Positions 57,811 to 64,000 of a stretch of DNA of 64,000 bases are shown here, piece after piece. Source of the DNA: an uncultured Pseudomonadales bacterium (GTDB lineage: Bacteria; Patescibacteriota; Microgenomatia; UBA1400; PJMF01). The stretch covers positions 329,718-393,717 of the forward strand of contig CAZUHV010000001.1 of NCBI GenBank assembly GCA_964620965.1. Direction: 5' to 3'. A program made the position numbers and the translations under genes. The notes beneath the pieces were generated by a model. The model had not been told where the DNA came from, made no database searches, and saw only the letters and a program-made list of their open reading frames with translations. Numbering within the stretch: the stretch's first letter is position 1; the number at the start of each line of letters is the position of its first letter.

Positions 57811-59188
57811 TTACAAAAAATCCATTTTGGTTCCTCACACACGCATGTGTAAATTCTGTACTTAACTGTGCTTCTCTGTGCCCCGCTGTTGAAGAATCGA
57901 AACACCACTCTATAATCGCAGCTCCGGTTTGTGCAATAAAGCCATCACCTGTCGTCATGTTTCTGCAACTTTGATACGCAAGATTTTCTCCAATTTTCTC
58001 TCCATTAAAATCTTTTATTGGTTGTGGCAAATTATTTGGATCTTCCCAGTCTTTTCTAAACCCTTCGTGGTTATCAAGAGCTCCAAGTGCCACCAAGTCT
58101 TGCACTCTTTTCTCTGCATACTTACATAAATTTTCATCTAAGTTGAGTTTGTAAATGTTGTGAGATTGGCGATAGTTATTGAGTGCATCAAAAACTGATT
58201 CGTTTGCAATTGGCGGAAACGGTGCGTTTGTTTTTACCATTACCGTAGACTGAGTTGGTTGCGTATTTTGTGTTTGACTTACTGGACGTTTTGGAAGTTC
58301 TGTTCCCAAAACCTGCATTGTAACTCCCAATGTTTCGTTATATTTTGTTTTGATTATTTTAGTCGCAAAACCAACCTCCTTAAAATCACTATCAAATAGT
58401 GCACTCACTTGAGCTTCATTAGAAAACCAAGCGTCAATTACAGCATCCTCAAGTAAAGGACCAACAACCATGTTTTGGCTTACATGCTCGTAGTTATATC
58501 CTGCAGTATTAAGTGCTTTGATAAACTCATCTGTGAATGATCTATTTTCTAGTTCATATTCATACTTTTCTGCCTCTTGCAGTAACTCTGCTGCAGCTGA
58601 AGCAAGTCTGTCGCTATATAAAAATGGCTCCTTTTCTCTAATAACTCGCTCTGCATTTAGTTTTTCAAAAATAATTTTTGGATCTAAACTTGGTTCCTCG
58701 CCCTTTAATTGTGGAGGAACATACTCAAAGCTATAGTCTTCTTTATTTAAAACTCCTGCAGAATCTAGTAAACTCATAATTTCATCGGGAAGCTTTACAC
58801 GAGTTGTTTTTAAAAAATGTGGTAAAAGTTGTATATTCAACCCAAGAAAAAAACAAATAATAACGATCCTTGTGAAATATGGATTTGAAAGTAGTTTATT
58901 CTGCTGAATTTTTTGATGTAAATCACTAAAAAAATGTTTAATTGATTTTTTACCCAATACAGCAGTAGAAACTCTGTGAGTTACATCGTGTTTTTTACTT
59001 TTAAAGTGAAAATGTGAAAAAAATGAATAAAGTTTTCTTGGAATTTTTTTTAAAATTGTGAAAAAAGAAAAATCTTGAAATCTTCCAAAAATTGATTTAA
59101 AAATATGTCCCGTTTTCTGCCCAAAGCCATGAAAAAAACTCTGTTTCTTTCTAGATTTACTCAAGTGTTTTAAACTAATTTTCTTCAT
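57791..59188 (-). CDS. Membrane-anchored protein with two CAP (SCP) domains
   Basis: LNAER..AWF..FKEVG and LNNYR..L..YAEKR..H..GENLA..GHR. Confidence 0.8.
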   Translation of the reverse strand: MKKISLKHLSKSRKKQSFFHGFGQKTGHIFKSIFGRFQDFSFFTILKKIPRKLYSFFSHFHFKSKKHDVTHRVSTAVLGKKSIKHFFSDLHQKIQQNKLLSNPYFTRIVIICFFLGLNIQLLPHFLKTTRVKLPDEIMSLLDSAGVLNKEDYSFEYVPPQLKGEEPSLDPKIIFEKLNAERVIREKEPFLYSDRLASAAAELLQEAEKYEYELENRSFTDEFIKALNTAGYNYEHVSQNMVVGPLLEDAVIDAWFSNEAQVSALFDSDFKEVGFATKIIKTKYNETLGVTMQVLGTELPKRPVSQTQNTQPTQSTVMVKTNAPFPPIANESVFDALNNYRQSHNIYKLNLDENLCKYAEKRVQDLVALGALDNHEGFRKDWEDPNNLPQPIKDFNGEKIGENLAYQSCRNMTTGDGFIAQTGAAIIEWCFDSSTAGHREAQLSTEFTHACVRNQNGFFVIIFGRR

Positions 59189-59762
59189 TAAAAATTCCAG
59201 ACTTTTCTAGTAACGGAATAACTACTTCCATTGGCAACCCATGACTAAATGCACTTAAAGAACCTGCAACAGCACGAACCATGTTGATACCTTCTGGGTA
59301 TGCAGGACAAAAACCAGCGGACCAAGTTAACACAGGGTTATTTTCTACATATTTTTTTATTTCATTTTCACTTAGTTCTCTAAAAATAAATGTTGTTTCT
59401 ACAGTTGTAGAAAATTCAATTCCGTTTTTTGGATCTAAATAAGCACAGCCAGAATAACAAAGACCTTGTTGGTTTGATTGCTCACGTAGCATTTGAACCG
59501 CTTGCTCTAAATTTTCTGGTTTTTCGTAAGATTTTCCATTAAAAAAAGTAAATGTGTCGCCAGAAATCACAATTGCTTCTGGATTTTGCTTTGAAACTTC
59601 CTGAGCTTTTGTGAGTGCAATTAACCGAGCTCGTTCCTTTTGTGAGGTTGCTGTAATATTCTTTTCATCTATATCACTTGGGATAACTTCGAATGGAATT
59701 TTTAAAGCTTCCATCAGTATTTTCCTTTGTTGTGAGCCACTTGCTAAAATAATTTTTTGCAT
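59175..59762 (-). CDS. maf: Maf family nucleotide pyrophosphatase
   Basis: IILASGSQQRK, DIDE, ISGDT, KP, GLP. Confidence 0.9.
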   Translation of the reverse strand: MQKIILASGSQQRKILMEALKIPFEVIPSDIDEKNITATSQKERARLIALTKAQEVSKQNPEAIVISGDTFTFFNGKSYEKPENLEQAVQMLREQSNQQGLCYSGCAYLDPKNGIEFSTTVETTFIFRELSENEIKKYVENNPVLTWSAGFCPAYPEGINMVRAVAGSLSAFSHGLPMEVVIPLLEKSGIFNEEN

Positions 59763-59926
59763 ATTTTTTCTGAAATATATAATTTAATTTTCTAATTACT
59801 GTTACTTTGATTTCTCATTCTTGGCTGTGTTGCTTGGATTAAACCTTTTTTGGAGTATACTATATTGTAGCAACTATTTAAGTTCGTAACAGGCGCGAGT
59901 ATTTCTAACAATTAGAGGGAGGTGCC

Positions 59927-62152
59927 ATGAACGATACTAATTTCAAAGAAAATCTCTGGCAAGATGAGATTAATGTTCGTGACTTTATATACACGAACAT
60001 CACAAGATATGATGGTGATGCGAAATTTTTAGAAGGTCCAACAAAAAACACAAAAAAATTGTGGGATGAATGTAAAAAACTTCTAGAACAGGAACGAAAA
60101 AACGGTGGAGTTTTGGACATTGATACCAAAACAATTTCTACTATTTCTAGCCACAAACCTGGATACATAGATAAAACACTAGAAAAAATTATTGGAGTCC
60201 AAACAGATAAACCTTTAAAGCGTGCAATCAAACCATTTGGTGGTTGGCGTGTTGTCCAAAAGGCATGTGAAGAAAATGGCTATGAGCTTGATCCAGAAGT
60301 TATTGAAATTTTTTCCAAATATAGAAAATCACATAATGATGGTGTCTTTGATGCTTATACCGAAGAAATGCGTAAATTAAGAAAATCTGGGCTTATCACG
60401 GGTCTTCCAGATAACTATGCGCGTGGCCGTATTATCGGAGATTACCGAAGACTTGCTTTGTATGGACTAGAGCGACTCATAGAAGCTAAGCAAAAAGACC
60501 TAGAAAAACTCGACGGAGAGATGACCAACGACTTAATCCAACTTCGTGAGGAAGTAAGTGAACAAATCAGAGCTCTTGAAATGGTTGGAGAAATGGCAAA
60601 AAGCTATGGAATCGATGTTTCTAAACCTGCACAAACAGCTCAAGAAGCAATTCAATTCACCTACATTGCCTATCTTGCAGCAATCAAAGAACAAGACGGT
60701 GCAGCAATGAGTTTAGGCAATGTGAGTAGCTTCTTTGATATCTATATTGAACGTGATCTTAAAAACAAAGTAATTACAGAGGCAGAAGCTCAAGAATTAG
60801 TTGACCACTTTGTTATGAAACTGCGTTTAGTTCGCCACTTAAGAATGGATGAATATAATCAATTGTTTGCTGGGGATCCAACATGGGTAACAGAAGTAAT
60901 TGGTGGCGTCTTTAAAGATGGCACACATAAAATTACCAAAACAAGTTTTAGATTTTTACAGACTTTATACAACTTAGGCCCAGCCCCAGAACCAAATCTT
61001 ACAATTTTGTGGAATGAAACACTCCCACAAGGTTTTAAAGATTTTTGTAGTCAAGTTTCTATTGATACTTCTTCTTTGCAGTATGAAAATGATGAACTTA
61101 TGAGTACTGCAGGAGATTGTGATGATTACTGCATAGCATGTTGTGTTTCCATGATGGAAACCGGAAAAGAGATGCAGTTCTTTGGTGCCCGCTGTAATTT
61201 AGCAAAGACATTGTTGCTTGCGATCAATGAAGGTAGAGATGAGTTTACAAACACAGAGATCATTCCAGGAATTGAGCCACTCCCAGAAGGAAAACTAGAT
61301 TATGTAGAAGTTGAAAGACGCTTTAATAAAGCAATGAGCTATATTGCAAAAGCGTATGTAAATACAATGAATGTCATCCACTACATGCACGATAAATACT
61401 ATTACGAACGTGCACAACTTGCATTTATGGATACTCACATTCATAGAAATATGGCCTTTGGAGCTGCTGGATTAAGCGTTGCTGCAGATTCACTTTCTGC
61501 AATTAGATTTGCTGAGGTCACACCTATTCGAAATGAACAAGGATTGGCAACTGAGTTTAAAATTGAAGGCGAATTTCCAATGTTTGGAAACGATGATGAT
61601 AAAGTTGATGATATAGCAAAAATGCTTGTCCACGATTTTAATCAAGAACTTTCAAAACATCATATTTATAGAGATGCAACACCTACACTTTCTATCCTCA
61701 CAATCACATCAAATGTTGTGTATGGCAAAAAAACCGGTGCAACCCCAGACGGAAGAAAAGCACACGAAGCATTTGCTCCAGGAGCAAATCCTATGCATGG
61801 CCGTGATAAATCTGGAGCGATTGCATCACTCAATTCTGTAGCAAAAATTGACTACAACGATGCTAGAGACGGAGTTTCAAATACTTTCTCTATAGTTCCA
61901 AAATCATTAGGAAGTAGTAAAAAAGATCAAATTACAAATTTATCTGGAATGTTAGATGGATACTTTTTAAACAAAGCACATCATTTGAATGTAAATGTTT
62001 TGAATAAAGATACTTTACTTGATGCTGTTGCTCACCCAGAAAACTATCCTCAATTAACAATTAGAGTTTCTGGATATGCGGTGAATTTTGTGAGATTGAG
62101 CAAAGAACAACAACAGGAAGTAATCGCAAGAACATTCCACCAGAGCATGTAG
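59927..62152 (+). CDS. pflB: Pyruvate formate-lyase
   Basis: [29 protein letters not shown] glycyl radical motif. Confidence 0.97.
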   Translation: MNDTNFKENLWQDEINVRDFIYTNITRYDGDAKFLEGPTKNTKKLWDECKKLLEQERKNGGVLDIDTKTISTISSHKPGYIDKTLEKIIGVQTDKPLKRAIKPFGGWRVVQKACEENGYELDPEVIEIFSKYRKSHNDGVFDAYTEEMRKLRKSGLITGLPDNYARGRIIGDYRRLALYGLERLIEAKQKDLEKLDGEMTNDLIQLREEVSEQIRALEMVGEMAKSYGIDVSKPAQTAQEAIQFTYIAYLAAIKEQDGAAMSLGNVSSFFDIYIERDLKNKVITEAEAQELVDHFVMKLRLVRHLRMDEYNQLFAGDPTWVTEVIGGVFKDGTHKITKTSFRFLQTLYNLGPAPEPNLTILWNETLPQGFKDFCSQVSIDTSSLQYENDELMSTAGDCDDYCIACCVSMMETGKEMQFFGARCNLAKTLLLAINEGRDEFTNTEIIPGIEPLPEGKLDYVEVERRFNKAMSYIAKAYVNTMNVIHYMHDKYYYERAQLAFMDTHIHRNMAFGAAGLSVAADSLSAIRFAEVTPIRNEQGLATEFKIEGEFPMFGNDDDKVDDIAKMLVHDFNQELSKHHIYRDATPTLSILTITSNVVYGKKTGATPDGRKAHEAFAPGANPMHGRDKSGAIASLNSVAKIDYNDARDGVSNTFSIVPKSLGSSKKDQITNLSGMLDGYFLNKAHHLNVNVLNKDTLLDAVAHPENYPQLTIRVSGYAVNFVRLSKEQQQEVIARTFHQSM

Positions 62153-62163
62153 TTAAGTGAAAA

Positions 62164-62895
62164 ATGTTAAAAGTTCATTCAATCGAAACCTTCGGCACAC
62201 ATGATGGACCAGGAATACGACTAGTGGTTTTCCTGCAAGGCTGTATGTTTCGTTGTGCGTACTGTCATAATCCAGATTCTCAAGAATGGGATAATCCAAA
62301 AGCAATTGAACTTTCTGCAGAAGATATCATTGAAAAACTAAACAAAGAAAAAAACTATTTTAAAAATGGCGGTGGAATTACCTTCTCTGGTGGAGAACCT
62401 ACTTTACAAGCAGAACAGCTATTACCTATTTGCAAAAAAATAAAAGAAGCTGGATTTCATATTACACTTGATACCTGTGGAGCAATTCATACAAAAACGA
62501 CTCAAGAACTGTATGATGTTTGTGATCTTGTCATGCTTGATGTAAAGCATATTAATCGTGATTGGCATATAAAGCTTACAAAACAACCAAATGACACTGT
62601 ACTTAAAAATGCTCAATACAGAGAAAAGACTGGTAAAGAGCTGTGGCTTCGATATGTTTTGGTTCCTGGTTGGACCGATCAAGCTGAGTACTTAGAGGAA
62701 TGGGCAAAATATTTTTCAAAATTTGCTTCTGTATCTAAAGTACAAATCTTGCCATATCACCTTTTAGGAGTTCATAAATACAAAGAACTTGGATTAGAGT
62801 ACCAACTTGAAGGAGTAAAAGCTGCCACACAAAAAGATGCGCAGCGTGCTCAAAAAATATTTGAAAAACACTTAAATCAAGTTGAGATTGCATAA
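62164..62895 (+). CDS. pflA: Pyruvate formate-lyase activating enzyme
   Basis: DGPGIR, CMFRCAYCHNP radical SAM motif, SGGEP, LPYH. Confidence 0.96.
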   Translation: MLKVHSIETFGTHDGPGIRLVVFLQGCMFRCAYCHNPDSQEWDNPKAIELSAEDIIEKLNKEKNYFKNGGGITFSGGEPTLQAEQLLPICKKIKEAGFHITLDTCGAIHTKTTQELYDVCDLVMLDVKHINRDWHIKLTKQPNDTVLKNAQYREKTGKELWLRYVLVPGWTDQAEYLEEWAKYFSKFASVSKVQILPYHLLGVHKYKELGLEYQLEGVKAATQKDAQRAQKIFEKHLNQVEIA

Positions 62896-62964
62896 CAAAT
62901 TGAAATAACTCACTAAAATAGTGCATAATAAAGGTAATAACTAAAAAAATTAGAAAGACTTTTT

Positions 62965-64000
62965 ATGTCTTATCAGGCTCTGTTCTACCCAAAATCTATT
63001 GCTATTATTGGAGCATCTAGAAATATCAAGACTGTTGGAAATGATGTTATAAAAAACTTAGTTTCGCAAGGTTACACCGGCAATATCTTTCCAGTAAACC
63101 CAAAAGCTGATATTTTGTATGGGAAACAGGTTTATAAATCTATCCAAGAAATTCCTGAACAAATAGATCTTGCAATCATCGCAATTCCTGCTGCGTATGT
63201 TGCACAAGCACTTGTTGAGGCAAACGAAAAAGGTGCCACAGCAGCTGTTGTTATTTCTGCAGGTTTTAAAGAAGCGGGCAACCAAGATCTTGAAGAAGAA
63301 GTCGCCAAAGTGTGTATAGAAAGAGACATTACTCTAATTGGTCCTAACTGTTTGGGAATTATTAACCCTGAATCAAAAATGAATGCTTCGTTTGCTGGAA
63401 TCATGCCAAAAGAAGGAACTGTAGCGTTTGTTTCTCAAAGTGGAGCTCTGTGTACAGCCGTTTTGGATTACGCGGTCGATTTGCATGTTGGGTTTTCTAA
63501 ATTTGTTAGCACAGGAAACAAAGCTGTGACAGATGAATTAGCACTTTTGAAATTTTTTGCAGAGGACGAAAAAACAAAAGTAATTGCAATGTATGTAGAA
63601 CAGCTTGAAAATGCTCCAGAATTAATTTCTGTTATCAAACAAATTTCTTTAGGAGAAAATGCAAAACCTGTTATTATTTTAAAATCTGGAACGACACAAG
63701 AAGGTTCTAGTGCAATTGCATCTCATACTGGCTCACTTGCTGGTGGTGATGCTGCATATGAGGCACTTTTTTCACAAGCAGGAATTATTCGAGCAGAAAA
63801 TATGGCCGAGCTATTTGATTACATTCAAATTTTTTCTAAAAATAAGTTGAGCGAAGTAAAAAATGTAACAATTGTAACAAATGCAGGAGGGCCAGGAGTT
63901 CTAACTACAGATGCTGTTATTAATGCAGGTCTGAAACTTGCAAAACTAGAAGAATCTACAACACACAAGCTGCAAGAGTTTTTACCAAAAGCTGCAAATA
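62965..64000 (+). CDS. Acetate--CoA ligase (ADP-forming) family protein, runs off window
   Basis: Manual translation MSYQALFYPKSIAIIGAS...ISAGFKE...GPNCLG...SQSGAL...SHTGSLAG...TNAGGPG. Confidence 0.92.
   Translation, partial: MSYQALFYPKSIAIIGASRNIKTVGNDVIKNLVSQGYTGNIFPVNPKADILYGKQVYKSIQEIPEQIDLAIIAIPAAYVAQALVEANEKGATAAVVISAGFKEAGNQDLEEEVAKVCIERDITLIGPNCLGIINPESKMNASFAGIMPKEGTVAFVSQSGALCTAVLDYAVDLHVGFSKFVSTGNKAVTDELALLKFFAEDEKTKVIAMYVEQLENAPELISVIKQISLGENAKPVIILKSGTTQEGSSAIASHTGSLAGGDAAYEALFSQAGIIRAENMAELFDYIQIFSKNKLSEVKNVTIVTNAGGPGVLTTDAVINAGLKLAKLEESTTHKLQEFLPKAAN

Overview
AT-rich bacterial window in standard code 11. Gene content, the scarcity of Shine-Dalgarno sites and many leaderless promoters suggest a CPR/Patescibacteria (Microgenomates-like) host; this is inference. 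The left flank (1-16 kb) is housekeeping: gdh, trxB, trxA, a CsoR-like repressor with its operator, dnaG, mutSL and small transport/hydrolase genes, followed by a HEAT-fused methyltransferase plus CfrBI-like endonuclease. The stretch from about 19.8 to 46.6 kb is an accessory island ending at the 3' end of tRNA-Ser(GGA). Its left end is an array of 0.5-0.9 kb one- or two-gene units separated by near-identical palindromic att-like repeats whose right arm mimics that tRNA's 3' end. The island then carries stress genes, a type I R-M locus with two HsdM, an inserted Shedu-like nuclease and an unannotated very acidic 50-aa ORF, a capsid-less ParB-MTase/MTase/TerS/TerL module behind a structured terminator-ending leader and a phased 10-bp repeat array, and a large serine recombinase preceded by duplicated promoter-plus-mini-gene units. 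The right flank holds tRNA-Ser(GCT), membrane and hydrolase genes, a GC-rich toxin-like lipoprotein gene, mscL, maf and a pflB-pflA-acetate CoA ligase fermentation cluster. Family assignments come from motif recognition only; no searches were run.
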